Of a DNA stretch of 64,000 nt, positions 29,972 to 41,351 are shown piece by piece. Position 1 is the stretch's first letter. Each line of letters opens with the position of its first letter. The DNA is from Hyphomicrobiales bacterium (GTDB lineage: Bacteria; Pseudomonadota; Alphaproteobacteria; Rhizobiales; Im1): assembly GCA_036881905.1 (NCBI GenBank), contig JBAJNN010000003.1:27448-91447 (forward strand). The letters run 5' to 3'. A program made the position numbers and the translations under genes. Below the pieces are notes generated by a model. The model had not been told where the DNA came from. It saw only the letters and a program-made list of their open reading frames with translations, and ran no database searches.

Positions 29972-32283
29972 CGCCGGACGGGCCCTCGATTCTGACGATT
30001 TTCATGAAGACGCTGGGCTTCGACCACCGACAGGGCGGTCATGTTGATCACGCCGCGCACGGTGACCGATGGCGTCAGAATATGGGCCGGCCGCGCCGGA
30101 CCGAGCAGGATCGGTCCGATGGGCAGGGCGTCCGCCATGCTTTTGATAAGCTGGTAGGAAATGTTGGCGGCATCGAGCGTCGGCATAATCAGCATATTGG
30201 CCCGGCCCCTGAGAATGGAATGAGGGAAGATTCGTGTTCTGAGCGTTTCGTCGATGGCGGCGTCGCCATGCATTTCCCCCTCGACTTCAAGGTCTGGCGC
30301 GGTTTTTCGCAGAATGTCCAGGACGTCACGCATTTTGATCGCGGTTTCGGTATCGGCGCTGCCGAAACTCGAATGCGACAGTAGGGCAATCTTCGGTTCC
30401 ATGCCGAAAGCGCGAACCTGCTCGGTGGCAAGCCGGGTCATCTTTGCGAGTTCTTCGGCGCCGGGGTTGGGCTGGACGTAGGTGTCGGCGAGGAAATAGA
30501 CTCCACTCGCCACGATGATCAAGCTGAGAGCGGCGAAATTATCGGCATTGGGGGCGAGCCCGATGACGTCGCGAATATCGCTAAGATGGCGGTCAAAACG
30601 GCCCTCGAGCCCGCAGATCATGGCGTCCGCCTCGCCGCGATGAACGGCCAGCGCGGCAATGACGGTGGTGTTGGTGCGCACGATGGTGCGGGCCAGATCG
30701 GGCGTGACGCCGCGCCGATCGGTTTGCTCAAGGTAGCTTTCGACATACTGGCGATAGCGCGGATCGTCGTTGGGATCGATAATCTCAAAATCCCGCCCTG
30801 GCCGGATCGACAGGCCGTAGCGCTTAAGGCGCGTATCGATCACATTGGGCCTGGCGATCAGGATCGGCTCGGCGATTTTTTCCTCGATCAAGGTCTGGGC
30901 CGCGCGCAAAATGCGTTCATCTTCTCCTTCGGCGTAAATCACCCGTTTCGGTTCGAGCCTCGCCCTGGTAAAGACCGGCTTCATGATCAAACCGGAACGA
31001 AACACAAAGCGGACGAGGCCTTCGTTATAGGCGGTAAAGTCCTCGATCGGGCGGCGCGCCACGCCGGATTCCATGGCGGCCCTGGCGACGGCGGGGGCAA
31101 TTCTCAAGATCAGTCGGGGATCGAACGGCGTCGGGATCAGATAATCGGGTCCGAACAGGCGCACCTCGCCGCCATAAGCCTGTTCGGCAATCTCGGAGGA
31201 GGCTTCATGCGCAAGTTCGGCGATAGCGTTGACAGTCGCCAGTTTCATCTCTTCATTGATCGCGGTTGCGCCGGTATCGAGCGCGCCGCGAAAGATATAG
31301 GGAAAACATAAGACATTATTGACCTGATTGGGATAATCGGAGCGGCCGGTGCAGATCATCGCTTCGGGATTCGCCGCGCGCGCCTCCTCGGGCATGATTT
31401 CCGGCGCCGGATTGGCCAGCGCCATGATCAGCGGGCGCGGCGCCATGCGTTTCACCATCTCGGGGTTCAAGACATTGCCGGCCGAGAGCCCTAGGAAAAT
31501 ATCCGCCCCATCGATAATCTCGCCGAGGCCGCGCTTGTCGGTGTCCTGGGCATAGGCCGCCATCCAGCGATTCATGGTCTCGTCGCGGCCCTTATAAACC
31601 ACACCGTCAATATCGCTGACCCAGATATTGCCTCGGCTGACGCCAAGCGAAACCAGAAGATTGAGGCAGGCGATCGCCGCCGCCCCCGCCCCCGATGTCA
31701 CGACCTTGATGTTGCCGAGGGATTTTTTGGTCAGGATCATGGCGTTGGTCACCGCGGCGGCGACAATGATCGCGGTGCCATGCTGGTCGTCATGAAAAAC
31801 GGGAATATCCATCTTCTCACTCAGCCTGGCCTCGACATCGAAACATTCCGGCGCCTTGATGTCTTCGAGATTGATCCCGCCGAAGGTCGGTTCCAGCGCC
31901 GCCACCACATCGCACAGATGATCGACATTGCGCGAGGAGACTTCTATGTCGAACACATCGATACCGGCGAATTTCTTGAACAGAACCGCCTTGCCCTCCA
32001 TCACCGGCTTTGCGGCGAGCGGGCCAATAGTGCCGAGGCCCAGAACCGCCGTGCCGTCGGAGATGACGGCGACCAGATTGCCGCGCGCCGTCAATTCGGC
32101 GACTTGATCGGGGCGCTCCACGATCTCTTCGCATGCGGCCGCCACGCCCGGGGAATAGGCGAGAGCCAAATCATGCTGGTTGCTCAAAGGCTTGGTCGGA
32201 ACAACCTCGATTTTCCCCGGCCTGGTGTTGCGGTGATAGCCGAGCGCCTGAAGTTTCGTATCCTTCGACATGCTTGATACCAT
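29968..32283 (-). CDS. maeB: NADP-dependent malic enzyme (malic enzyme domain plus C-terminal phosphotransacetylase-like domain)
   Basis: 771 aa. ...[39 protein letters not shown]... plus a PTA-like C-terminal half. Confidence 0.9.
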   Translation of the reverse strand: MVSSMSKDTKLQALGYHRNTRPGKIEVVPTKPLSNQHDLALAYSPGVAAACEEIVERPDQVAELTARGNLVAVISDGTAVLGLGTIGPLAAKPVMEGKAVLFKKFAGIDVFDIEVSSRNVDHLCDVVAALEPTFGGINLEDIKAPECFDVEARLSEKMDIPVFHDDQHGTAIIVAAAVTNAMILTKKSLGNIKVVTSGAGAAAIACLNLLVSLGVSRGNIWVSDIDGVVYKGRDETMNRWMAAYAQDTDKRGLGEIIDGADIFLGLSAGNVLNPEMVKRMAPRPLIMALANPAPEIMPEEARAANPEAMICTGRSDYPNQVNNVLCFPYIFRGALDTGATAINEEMKLATVNAIAELAHEASSEIAEQAYGGEVRLFGPDYLIPTPFDPRLILRIAPAVARAAMESGVARRPIEDFTAYNEGLVRFVFRSGLIMKPVFTRARLEPKRVIYAEGEDERILRAAQTLIEEKIAEPILIARPNVIDTRLKRYGLSIRPGRDFEIIDPNDDPRYRQYVESYLEQTDRRGVTPDLARTIVRTNTTVIAALAVHRGEADAMICGLEGRFDRHLSDIRDVIGLAPNADNFAALSLIIVASGVYFLADTYVQPNPGAEELAKMTRLATEQVRAFGMEPKIALLSHSSFGSADTETAIKMRDVLDILRKTAPDLEVEGEMHGDAAIDETLRTRIFPHSILRGRANMLIMPTLDAANISYQLIKSMADALPIGPILLGPARPAHILTPSVTVRGVINMTALSVVEAQRLHENRQNRGPVRR

Positions 32284-32292
32284 ATCCTCAAT

Positions 32293-32399
32293 TTAGAGCG
32301 GATTGCGTTCAGATTGAATCGCAATACCGCTCTAACATTCTATTTTATAAGCATAATCTTGATCGTCCTTGGCTCTCTCCGGATCGGATTATGCTTTAG
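32293..32399 (+). repeat. Bipartite palindromic intergenic repeat, copy B
   Basis: TAGAGCGG...GATTGAATCG...CCGCTCTA followed by GCATAATCTTGATCGTCC...GGATTATGC. It has the same orientation as copy A and sits immediately upstream of the maeB start. Confidence 0.8.
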
Positions 32400-32639
32400 T
32401 GTTTCGTCTGGATGCAGACCCGTTCGCTTTGTCCAAACGGAGGGTGCGGGAAACAGCTCCATGATCGGGCGGTTTATCGGTGCAAGCCGCCATGGCCACG
32501 ATGACGACATTACCCCTTACATCATAGCGTAATCGGGCCTGGCGACAAACTTATATGTTGAAACTGTGCAGCGCCCATTTTATAATGACCGCATTCCTGT
32601 TTTCCCACCAGAAAAATCGATCCGAAAGGCCTCCCCAAT

Positions 32640-33875
32640 ATGGAGCAGAAATTGCCCCGTAAGCACAAACGTCGCTTTCCTTCGGTGATGGAATTTATCG
32701 CCCTCATGGCCGCGATGATGGCGATGGTGTCGTTGCCCATCGACATTACTCTTCCTGCCTTTCCTACATTGACGCGTGATTTTTCCCTGGCCGGCGCCAA
32801 TACGGCTCAAACCACCGTCACAATCTACACGTTGGGGTTTGCGCTCGGACAAATGTTCTATGGCCCGCTTTCCGACGCTTTAGGGCGCAAGCCGCTCTTG
32901 ATGGTCGGTTTTGCCGTCTCCTGCCTCGCCTCGCTCTTTATTGTCTTCAATAGTAATTTTACATTCCTTCTCGTGGGTCGTTTTTTCCAGGGGGTTGGGT
33001 GCGCCGCCCCCAGAATCATCGCGATAGCAGTGATCCGCGATATGTTCGGCGGACGCCGAATGGCTAAGGTCATGTCCACGATCATTACCGTTTTCGTTCT
33101 GGCGCCGATGTTTGCCCCGAGTATCGGTGGCGTGCTGCTCGCCCTTGGCGACTGGCGATGGATCTTCTGGTTTTTGTTCGTTGTTTCATTGGCCGTTATG
33201 CTCTGGACCAACCTTCGCCTGCCGGAAACCAAACCATCCTACAAGCGCAAATCGTTCTCCATGGCCGCGATGGCGGAAGCGTTCGCCGCGATGTTGGCCA
33301 TCCGTCAGACGCTTGGGTATAGCCTGGCCATCATGTTCATGTTTGGCTGTCTGCTGAGCTGGATCACCTCCGCCCAACAGATTTTCGCCGATATTTACGA
33401 CGTGCATGGAAGCTTTCCGGCCTTTTTCGCCATGATCGCGGGCTGTGCGGCTGTCGGCTCTTTCGTGAACAACCGTCTCGTTATGCGTCTGGGTACGCGC
33501 TTGCTCTCCCACTCGGCGCTCATCGGCATAATCGCCATGGGAGCACTCTTGGTCCTGCTTGCTTCAGCCGGCGTTGTCCCGCTGGTCGGGTTTTGCATCA
33601 TGATAGGCGCGATTTTGTTTGCCTATGCCCTCGCCGTGTCGAACTTCACCCCCCTGGCCATGCATAAGGTGGGCCATATCAGCGGGATGGCCTCGTCTTT
33701 CATCGGTTTTACCCAAACCGCCGGCGGCGGGGTTCTGGGCTACCTTGTCGGTCAAGCCTATAACCACACCATCATCCCCATGACGCTCGGTTTCGTGGTT
33801 TTCGGCCTTGCCTCGCTATTGAGCATCCTGTTTGCCGAGAAAGGGCGGTTTATGAACACTTCGCGAGGCGAATGA
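32640..33875 (+). CDS. MFS transporter, Bcr/CflA-type drug-resistance family
   Basis: 411 aa, 12 TM-like segments, ...GFALGQMFYGPLSDALGRKPLLMVG... (MFS motif A region). Confidence 0.7.
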   Translation: MEQKLPRKHKRRFPSVMEFIALMAAMMAMVSLPIDITLPAFPTLTRDFSLAGANTAQTTVTIYTLGFALGQMFYGPLSDALGRKPLLMVGFAVSCLASLFIVFNSNFTFLLVGRFFQGVGCAAPRIIAIAVIRDMFGGRRMAKVMSTIITVFVLAPMFAPSIGGVLLALGDWRWIFWFLFVVSLAVMLWTNLRLPETKPSYKRKSFSMAAMAEAFAAMLAIRQTLGYSLAIMFMFGCLLSWITSAQQIFADIYDVHGSFPAFFAMIAGCAAVGSFVNNRLVMRLGTRLLSHSALIGIIAMGALLVLLASAGVVPLVGFCIMIGAILFAYALAVSNFTPLAMHKVGHISGMASSFIGFTQTAGGGVLGYLVGQAYNHTIIPMTLGFVVFGLASLLSILFAEKGRFMNTSRGE

Positions 33876-33896
33876 CAGCCATCGACAGAGGGGCGC

Positions 33897-35639
33897 TCAC
33901 CCTTTACCGGTTTTGGGCCCGTAATTCGGCTTGTCCCTCGATCGATCGCGAAACGCCACATTCGCCGCGTTGAGAACGGCTTTGAGCGAGGCCGTCGCGA
34001 TGTCCGCGTCGATACCGACGCCAAAAACCGTGGAGCCGTCGCCGGTGCGGCATTCGATATAAGCGGCGGCGGGGGCGTCTGTGCCTTTCCCCAGCGCATG
34101 TTCTTGATAATCGACAACCGCCAGAGCGACGCCGCAATCGTTCTTGAGCGCGTCCAGCGCTGCGGATACGAGGCCGGTCCCGGCGCCGGAGATAATATGT
34201 TCCTCATTGCCGGCTCGGATGCGACCTTTAAAAGCTCGCGCCCGATCGGGTGTGTCAGCACCGCTCTCGGTATAATCGATGAGCGAGAAACGCTGCGGCG
34301 CGTCAAGGCAATAGGTTTTCGTGAACGCATCCCAGACGTCCCGAACCGTCAGTTCCCTGCCGGTTGCATCGGTGATGGCCTGGACCTTGTGGCTGAAATC
34401 CTGTTGCAGATGGCGCGGTAGTTTCAGACCCTTGTCACGCCATAGAACCCAAGCCACACCGCCTTTGCCCGACTGGCTGTTCACGCGGATGACCGCCTCG
34501 TAAGATCGCCCCAGATCCGCCGGATCGACGGTAAGATAGGGAATGTTCCAGATGGAATCATTGCGCTTCTCGCGGGCCTCGAAGCCTTTTTTGATCGCAT
34601 CTTGATGTGAACCGGAAAAAGCGGTGAACACGAAATCGCCGGCATAAGGGTGGCGTGGATGAACCGGGATTTGCGTACAGCATTCCACCATATTCACAAC
34701 CTCGTCGATATTGGAAAAGTCGAGGCCGGGAGCGACGCCTTGAGAGTAAAGATTGAGGGCTTGGGTTACCAGATCGACATTGCCGGTGCGTTCGCCATGG
34801 CCGAACAGGCACCCTTCCACGCGATCGGCACCGGCCATGACGGCAAACTCGGAGGCCGCCACCGCCGTTCCGCGGTCATTATGTGGGTGGGCGCTGATCG
34901 TCACGCAATCGCGTCTTGAAATGTTGCGGCAAAACCATTCGATCTGATCGGCGTAAATATTCGGCGTGGCGCTCTCCACCGTTGCCGGCAGGTTGAAAAT
35001 CACTGGGTGATCCGGCCTCGGTCGCCAAACCTCCAGCACGGCTTCGCAGATTTCCAGGGCAAATTCGGGTTCGGTCGATGAAAAGGCCTCCGGCGAATAT
35101 TCAAAAGTCCATTGTGTGGCGGGTCGTCTGGCGCTTTCGTCCGCAATCCGCTTCGCGCCGGAAACGGCCAGTTGTATGATCGCCGATTTATCCATGCCGA
35201 ACACCGTGCGGCGGAAAACCGGCGCGGTGGCGTTGTAAAAATGAACGATGGCTCTGCCGACACCATCCAAAGCGTCGAAAGTGCGCGAAATCAGATCGTC
35301 GCGAGATTGGGTGAGAACCTGAATGCTCACGTCTTCGGGGATTAGCACCGTATCGATCAAATGGCGAATGAAATCGAAATCGGTTTTCGAGGCCGAGGGG
35401 AAACCGACTTCTATCTCCTTGAAACCGGTTTTGACCAGAAGGTCGAAAAGCCGCAGCTTTTTCTCAATGGTCATGGGATTAACGAGAGCCTGATTGCCGT
35501 CGCGCAGATCGACCGAACACCATCTTGGCGCGGAGTTTATACGTTTCGAGGGCCAAGTACGCTCGGGCAAATCGATTCCAGAATCGAATGGCCGGTATTT
35601 AGTGTCCGGATTGCTCAACATAAGACAAGAAGCTCCCAT
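33897..35639 (-). CDS. leuA: 2-isopropylmalate synthase (long LeuA form)
   Basis: ...[42 protein letters not shown]..., ...[11 protein letters not shown].... The probable start is ATG 35621. Confidence 0.9.
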   Translation of the reverse strand: MGASCLMLSNPDTKYRPFDSGIDLPERTWPSKRINSAPRWCSVDLRDGNQALVNPMTIEKKLRLFDLLVKTGFKEIEVGFPSASKTDFDFIRHLIDTVLIPEDVSIQVLTQSRDDLISRTFDALDGVGRAIVHFYNATAPVFRRTVFGMDKSAIIQLAVSGAKRIADESARRPATQWTFEYSPEAFSSTEPEFALEICEAVLEVWRPRPDHPVIFNLPATVESATPNIYADQIEWFCRNISRRDCVTISAHPHNDRGTAVAASEFAVMAGADRVEGCLFGHGERTGNVDLVTQALNLYSQGVAPGLDFSNIDEVVNMVECCTQIPVHPRHPYAGDFVFTAFSGSHQDAIKKGFEAREKRNDSIWNIPYLTVDPADLGRSYEAVIRVNSQSGKGGVAWVLWRDKGLKLPRHLQQDFSHKVQAITDATGRELTVRDVWDAFTKTYCLDAPQRFSLIDYTESGADTPDRARAFKGRIRAGNEEHIISGAGTGLVSAALDALKNDCGVALAVVDYQEHALGKGTDAPAAAYIECRTGDGSTVFGVGIDADIATASLKAVLNAANVAFRDRSRDKPNYGPKTGKG

Positions 35640-35757
35640 GGTTATTGTTTCGTAGTGACCGGTAAAGTTCAGAAAAAATCCCTAGACTTCAGTTTATATG
35701 AATATCCAGCATAGCACAACACGAATGACAACCACCATGGGCCGCTGGTCTGGTCTT

Positions 35758-37812
35758 CTATATCCTATCTCGGCAGGAAGGGCCCGACACGGCGGTCAGA
35801 CGGTGGAACCGTATCAGACCGATCGCGATAAACATGGTCGCAAGCCCGGCGACCGGCCCGACAATCCGGTAATCGGGACAAAAGATCGTCACGCCGCACA
35901 GCCCGGCCAGAGCGAGGCGCAGCGCAATATCAAGGATACGGCGTTGATGGAGTCGCGCCTGAAAGGCCAGAGACAAGCCCAGCGTGGCGATACTCACGAC
36001 GAGACAAGCGGGAATTTGGCCGAATCCGGGTGCTACGACCAACTCCGGTCGCGCGAATATTGCGGCCATCATCACCATCAGCGGCATACATATGACAAGC
36101 GCCGCCATCATGGTACGGATGAAAGAGGCGTTGGCGATGCGTGAGGTAACCGCGGCCACAACCGAGGTCGGCGGCGACAATTCACCGAAGACCGCGACGA
36201 AGAAGGCAAAGAAGTGAACCACCCAAGGGTCGAGACCGGCCTTGATCATGAAGGGTGCAATCACCACGGCGGTGATGATATAGGTGGGCGAGACCGGTAG
36301 CCCCATGCCGACGATATAACCGAAACCGAAAGCCACCAGCGCCAGAACGGCGATGTTGACGCCGGCACCTGCCATAAGCAGGGTTCCCAGCTTGGTGGGA
36401 ACCCCGGTTATGGTGAACAGCGCCGTCAGAATGCCGAGCGTGGCGAGGAGATGGGTCAGTTCGGCGGTAATGACGGAAAAGAATTCGATCAGTTTCAGGA
36501 ACGGCCGCACCAGTGTTTTCAGGCTGAATATACCCTCTCGCCGGACACGCCATAAAAACTGGGCTGTCAGGGCCATGGTCATGACGATGAAGACACGCCG
36601 CGCCGAGGCCATGGCGGGTTGTTGCATCACCCCCATGAGCCAGATCAGCCCGATAACGCTCATGGCATAGATTGCGAGGTTGAGTTTATCGACGCCGGTC
36701 AGCTCCGCCATCTCTGGCACTGTGGCATGGCGGTGGTATCTGGTCGCAAGCAGATAAACCGAGAAGGCGACGCCGATAAAATAAACCAGGGCCGGCGCGA
36801 AGCCACGCGCGACAACGTCAAAATAGCTTTTGCCGAGATAGTCCGCCATGATGAAGGCGGCGATTCCCATCAATGGCGGAGTGATCTGGCCGCCGAGTGA
36901 GGCTGCGGTTTCCACCGCCGCGGCTGTTGTGCGCGGAAATCCGGCCTTGATCAGCACCGGGATGGTGGCCGAACCGGTGATTGCGGCATTGGCCGCGCCG
37001 GACCCGCTGACGGCGGCCACACATAGCGAGCCGATGACGGCGGTCTGGGGCAAAAGACGCGGGCGACGCCGGGCAATGCGCGACGACGCGGTGAGAATCG
37101 AATCGATACAACCGAATGCCCTGAGCGCGGCCAGCACCAGAATGAAAGACCCGATAAGGGTCAGGGCGAGTTGGGGAAGACGTGAAAAAATGCCGGTCGA
37201 CATTTCCACGCTGGTGGCGCTCAAAACCCGCGCCCATGGCATGCCGGGATGGTGAAATAATCCCGGTATGACGAAGCCGTAAACCGTATAGGCGATAAGA
37301 ATGAGATTGAAGACAAACAGGATAAAATAGTGTCGCCTCGTGTATTCAAGAACCAGCGCCACCATGAGGCCGCCGACCGCGAGGTCATGGTTATTCCACA
37401 CCCCGATGCGATAAATGCGTATGACGTCGAACTCATGGGTAAGATACCATGCCGAATAAACGCAGAGCAGACTATAGGCCAGAGCGACACCGTACCGGAC
37501 CCCCACCCTCCAGCGAGGGTAGAACCGGCCTGTCGCCAGATCATTCACTATCAGAATGATCATGACCATCGGCACGGCCATGACGGCAAGCCGCGATGAG
37601 CCACCATGGCCCGTCATATAATAGTAGAATAGAGAGCAAGAGAAGGCGGTGGAGACGAGGTAAAAGGTAACGCGACTTGCGACCCGAAGAGCCTGAACGG
37701 ACGGTGATTTGCTGCCCGCGGCAGTGTTTAGGGAGGTGGTATCCATCGCATTGCCGTCAATATGAACGGGCCCGTTACTCACCTCGCGCATTCCCTTGCG
37801 GGTTATGACCAT
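35758..37812 (-). CDS. TRAP transporter fused permease (TAXI-associated, DctQM-like fusion)
   Basis: 684 aa and highly hydrophobic. It lies directly downstream of a TAXI-type binding protein gene (12-nt gap). Confidence 0.7.
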   Translation of the reverse strand: MVITRKGMREVSNGPVHIDGNAMDTTSLNTAAGSKSPSVQALRVASRVTFYLVSTAFSCSLFYYYMTGHGGSSRLAVMAVPMVMIILIVNDLATGRFYPRWRVGVRYGVALAYSLLCVYSAWYLTHEFDVIRIYRIGVWNNHDLAVGGLMVALVLEYTRRHYFILFVFNLILIAYTVYGFVIPGLFHHPGMPWARVLSATSVEMSTGIFSRLPQLALTLIGSFILVLAALRAFGCIDSILTASSRIARRRPRLLPQTAVIGSLCVAAVSGSGAANAAITGSATIPVLIKAGFPRTTAAAVETAASLGGQITPPLMGIAAFIMADYLGKSYFDVVARGFAPALVYFIGVAFSVYLLATRYHRHATVPEMAELTGVDKLNLAIYAMSVIGLIWLMGVMQQPAMASARRVFIVMTMALTAQFLWRVRREGIFSLKTLVRPFLKLIEFFSVITAELTHLLATLGILTALFTITGVPTKLGTLLMAGAGVNIAVLALVAFGFGYIVGMGLPVSPTYIITAVVIAPFMIKAGLDPWVVHFFAFFVAVFGELSPPTSVVAAVTSRIANASFIRTMMAALVICMPLMVMMAAIFARPELVVAPGFGQIPACLVVSIATLGLSLAFQARLHQRRILDIALRLALAGLCGVTIFCPDYRIVGPVAGLATMFIAIGLIRFHRLTAVSGPSCRDRI

Positions 37813-37824
37813 GCTCTCCCGGCG

Positions 37825-38898
37825 CTATCGCGCAATTCGATCATTCCAGGCGTCGTCCCAGCCATTGTTTTCACGCAGGAAACGAGCAAGCCCCGGATGA
37901 ATGGCGACCGTCTCGCCGGTCGCCATGATGGCGCGACGTTGCAGACCGACCATATCGGCGGCAGTCTGGGAGAAACTGGGATCGGAGGCGGCTAGCGCAG
38001 CGGCATTGTCTTTGATGGTGTTCAGCATGGCGTAGACATCCTCTTCCGGTATGTCGAGACCGAGATGAAAGCCCACATACAGGGGCACGAATTTGGCGGT
38101 CCCGACGCCGACATCGCCATTGAAGACATGGGCGTCAACGTCCACGACGTCGATTCCGGCGGCGTTCAGCTTTGCAATCTCTTTATCACAGGGGTTGAGG
38201 ATGCCGATATCGGCGGCGAGCATCGCCTCGGCAATCCACGGTGCGGGGCCGCGACGACCGGCCGTGTAGATAATCATGCCATCGATCGTCCCCTCGTTTA
38301 GGAAAGAACCCGCAAGCCCCTTGTCGATCTCGACATATTTATGCCCGACGCCGACGGCGTTCATGGCCCCTTCCAGCGCGGCGCGCGTGTCCCATGGCGC
38401 GGGCGAGGTGTAGACCGGCCTGCCCCGCAAATCGCTCCAGCAGGAATATTTGTCGGCCTCTTCCTTGCGCACGCCGAGGCCAACCTCGTAGGTAAAGGCC
38501 CAGAATGACTGGACCAATGGCCTTTGCGCCTTAAACCCCTTGTAACGGCCGGTATCATGAGCGATTTCATGAAATGCAATATCGGCGGCGGTATAGCCGT
38601 CAAACTGCCCGGCGGCGAATCCACGCAAACTCGCCGCATTTCCAGCTGTCGGCAATACGGTTATATCGTAGCCGTCGAATTTTCGGTTGAGAAGCGTGGA
38701 CAGCGACACCAATGCACGATAGGCCGACGTCCCCACCGATGATGTCGCCCAGCGCAATGGCTTGGCTTCTTCGGCCATGACAGTCCCGCCCGCCCATGCT
38801 GAGAACACGGAAAGCGCGAACGCCACCACGCCGGCGGAAACGACACGAGGTTGCATACTACCATCCTCAGACTTTTGGCTTACCGGAGGATTTGCCAC
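37825..38898 (-). CDS. TAXI-family TRAP transporter solute-binding protein
   Basis: A signal-peptide-like N-terminus (...VVAFALSVFSAWAGGTVMA) and ...DITVLPTAGNAASLRGFAAGQFDGYTAADIAFHEI... (TAXI pattern). Confidence 0.65.
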   Translation of the reverse strand: MANPPVSQKSEDGSMQPRVVSAGVVAFALSVFSAWAGGTVMAEEAKPLRWATSSVGTSAYRALVSLSTLLNRKFDGYDITVLPTAGNAASLRGFAAGQFDGYTAADIAFHEIAHDTGRYKGFKAQRPLVQSFWAFTYEVGLGVRKEEADKYSCWSDLRGRPVYTSPAPWDTRAALEGAMNAVGVGHKYVEIDKGLAGSFLNEGTIDGMIIYTAGRRGPAPWIAEAMLAADIGILNPCDKEIAKLNAAGIDVVDVDAHVFNGDVGVGTAKFVPLYVGFHLGLDIPEEDVYAMLNTIKDNAAALAASDPSFSQTAADMVGLQRRAIMATGETVAIHPGLARFLRENNGWDDAWNDRIAR

Positions 38899-38977
38899 GA
38901 ACCGTTTAACAATTTACCACTCCCCATTCCCTGTAAGCAAGAGAATAATTTCTTTATCAAGACCGTGGCGACAAGGC

Positions 38978-39484
38978 TTAAGAGTCTCGTACGATCTCGC
39001 CATCATTCATGGTAAGATAGATGAGAACGCCCAGCAAGGTCACAAAAAAGCGGAAAGCGGATTGAGTCCCGTTCCAGATATCGGACATCCACATTCCGAA
39101 CCATTCGCCGCCGATCGACACGAAGCCGACCTGCCACATCAGGAAGCCCAGCGTCAGACCGACAACGGCGCAAGACTTGGCGGTGTTGAACGCGGAGGCG
39201 GCACTGTGGCGGGCGTGCCATAACCGCCATGCTCCAGCCCAGCATAAAACAGCTGTCAGGCCCTCGATCGCAATGATGAAAGTATAGGCGGCATGATGGA
39301 ATTGTGTGCTTTCGATGGCGCGGTATTTTATCGTGCTGTCGGGAAAGATGGTGTCCATCAACAGAACATGGCGAACAAACGCAAAATTGCTTCCATAGTC
39401 CGTGATGTTGCCAAACGTCACCAGCGTGGCGAAAAACGCCATCGCGGCAACCATCGAAATCTTGGAAAGGCGCACAATAAGCAT
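38978..39484 (-). CDS. DUF2165-family small integral membrane protein
   Basis: MLIVRLSKISMVAAMAFFATLVTFGNITDYGSNFAFVRHVLLMDTIFPDSTIKYRAI... matches my memory of DUF2165. The ORF track starts 15 codons upstream. Confidence 0.55.
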   Translation of the reverse strand: MLIVRLSKISMVAAMAFFATLVTFGNITDYGSNFAFVRHVLLMDTIFPDSTIKYRAIESTQFHHAAYTFIIAIEGLTAVLCWAGAWRLWHARHSAASAFNTAKSCAVVGLTLGFLMWQVGFVSIGGEWFGMWMSDIWNGTQSAFRFFVTLLGVLIYLTMNDGEIVRDS

Positions 39485-39965
39485 TTTTAGTCTCCTCAAG
39501 TTCAATGATGGGGCATTGCCTGGAACCACCCCTTAAAATATGCGGATTTGCGGTTATCCGCGCTTAAGAGGCTCATGCCCGCGCCCCGTCGGATCGCGTT
39601 ATGTCAGTGTAAGGCACGGGGAGGGGGCCGTCACGAACATGCGCTCACAATCAGTCAATCATGCACCGGGCCGCAATTATACGCAATTTCAGGTTGTTTT
39701 CCAAGCGAATCTGCTCTTCCGTGGTGCAAAAACCACTCACGTGGGTACCCGCTTGCCAAGGTGAGCAATGAAAAGATGAGTTGTGAAAGCAGCGCCGGTA
39801 GTGCAAACATCTGGCGCCGGACGCGCCTTCAATGCCGTCCGGACTCCACGATTGCCGAGGCCAGCGAAGTCAATCGCGAAGATACATGTCGCACGGTTGG
39901 CGACATTACCACCTGACGGTCTGCCAATACTCAAGGGTTATGGGCAGCACGCCGCGCCAATCGCT

Positions 39966-40283
39966 CTAGTGGACGCTGATTGGCTTGAGATCGTGCTCCA
40001 GGGCATTGGCCAGCGCGCCTTCGCGACTGTCGGCAATGGCCACAGGCGTACCATTCGCGGAGTAAAGGGCAAACAGGGTCGTCCCGCCGGGGATTCTGAC
40101 CGCCGGTCCCAGCAATTCCGTGGCCTTATCCAGATCGATCTCGCGAACATAGCCGATTTCCCCGCCACCCAGCGAGGCCAGTTCGGCAGGTGTCATGGAC
40201 GTCCTGTTCTTGCTCACCACTATATTCATCACACGACCTTCCTGAAGGTTATGGTTCCACACCACATTCATCGTTTTTGCCAA
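39966..40283 (-). CDS. DUF1150-family protein
   Basis: ...EIGYVREIDLDKATELLGPAVRIPGGTTLFALYSANGTPVAIADSREGALANALEHDLKPISVH is typical of alphaproteobacterial DUF1150. The likely start is ATG 40229. Confidence 0.55.
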   Translation of the reverse strand: MAKTMNVVWNHNLQEGRVMNIVVSKNRTSMTPAELASLGGGEIGYVREIDLDKATELLGPAVRIPGGTTLFALYSANGTPVAIADSREGALANALEHDLKPISVH

Positions 40284-40507
40284 CGCTGCTTGCGAATGGC
40301 GTCGATTCCAGGCGGAACATCCGCCAGGCCGTCTCCTGGATCACCGGACGCCTCGGCAGAACTGAGGTAAGCGTAACACTTTTCATCCGGCTTTTGCAAA
40401 GATATAATCGCCATGACCGGAATTCAAGACAGGCAAGGATTGCCAAGCTGGTATCACACTGCCAAGGTTTACATTCTGAAAGCGATTATGGGGAGTTGTG
40501 CGCCGCC

Positions 40508-41212
40508 ATGCCGAACCCGCCGTCACAATCATCACACTGCTCGCCTCGATCCAGGCAGGCTGTGGACGACAACACTATCGACAATCGCCGTATCCAGCTT
40601 TTGATGCAGCTGCGCAACCAGGGTATTCGCAGCACCAGAGTTCTCGAGGCGATTGAGAAGGTGCCGCGCGATGCGTTCGTACCTCAAGCCTTCGCCGATC
40701 AGAGCTATACCGATCAACCCCTGCCCATTGCCTGTGGCCAGACCATAAGCCAGCCCTATATTGTCGCTTTCATGAGCGAGCACTTGAAGCTCACGGATCG
40801 TATGAAAGTTCTGGAAGTGGGCACGGGATCGGGCTACCAGACCGCTATCCTGGCTTATCTGGCCCGCCGGGTTTATACGCTTGAACGCTATGGTCGGCTT
40901 TTGCACAGCGCAGAGCAGGCGTTCAAGACGCTGAGGATCAACAATGTCGTGTGTATGGTTGCCGACGGGCTCAATGGCTGGCCTGCCCAGGCCCCGTTCG
41001 ATCGCATCATCGTGACCGCCGCGGTGCGCGATGTGCCGCGATCTCTGGTCGATCAGCTCGATATTGGTGGAATCATGATAATCCCTCTGGACATCTCGCC
41101 GGGCAAACAGGAACTTCGGCGCATCACCCGCACCGACGAGGGGGTGCAGTTTGAAGCGCTTCTGCCCGTGCGGTTCGTTCCCATGATCAAGGGGGTCGCA
41201 AAGGAAAGCTGA
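40508..41212 (+). CDS. pcm: Protein-L-isoaspartate O-methyltransferase
   Basis: ...GQTISQPYIVAFMSEHLKLTDRMKVLEVGTGSGYQTAILAYLARRVYTLER... is the SAM-binding motif. The ATG at 40508 is chosen inside the long ORF 40190..41212. pcm-nlpD synteny supports the call. Confidence 0.85.
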   Translation: MPNPPSQSSHCSPRSRQAVDDNTIDNRRIQLLMQLRNQGIRSTRVLEAIEKVPRDAFVPQAFADQSYTDQPLPIACGQTISQPYIVAFMSEHLKLTDRMKVLEVGTGSGYQTAILAYLARRVYTLERYGRLLHSAEQAFKTLRINNVVCMVADGLNGWPAQAPFDRIIVTAAVRDVPRSLVDQLDIGGIMIIPLDISPGKQELRRITRTDEGVQFEALLPVRFVPMIKGVAKES

Positions 41213-41351
41213 TTTTACAATGCCGATGGTCAGTCTTAATGCCAGCATATCTATATTTCTGAACGGTTGGACATGCAAGGATTTTGTGTAAAACTTTATT
41301 AACCCCACTGTGTCACTATCCACCTCAGCGATGACGTATCGGGGTACGGTT

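Noticed and set aside
39530-39965. A 436-bp gap with listed ORFs 39548..39916 and 39783..40370, considered as possible genes or an sRNA.
   Set aside because: The ORF products are Arg/Ala/Pro-rich with no motifs, and they overlap the DUF1150 gene antisense. I found no clear promoter or terminator pair to support an sRNA call.
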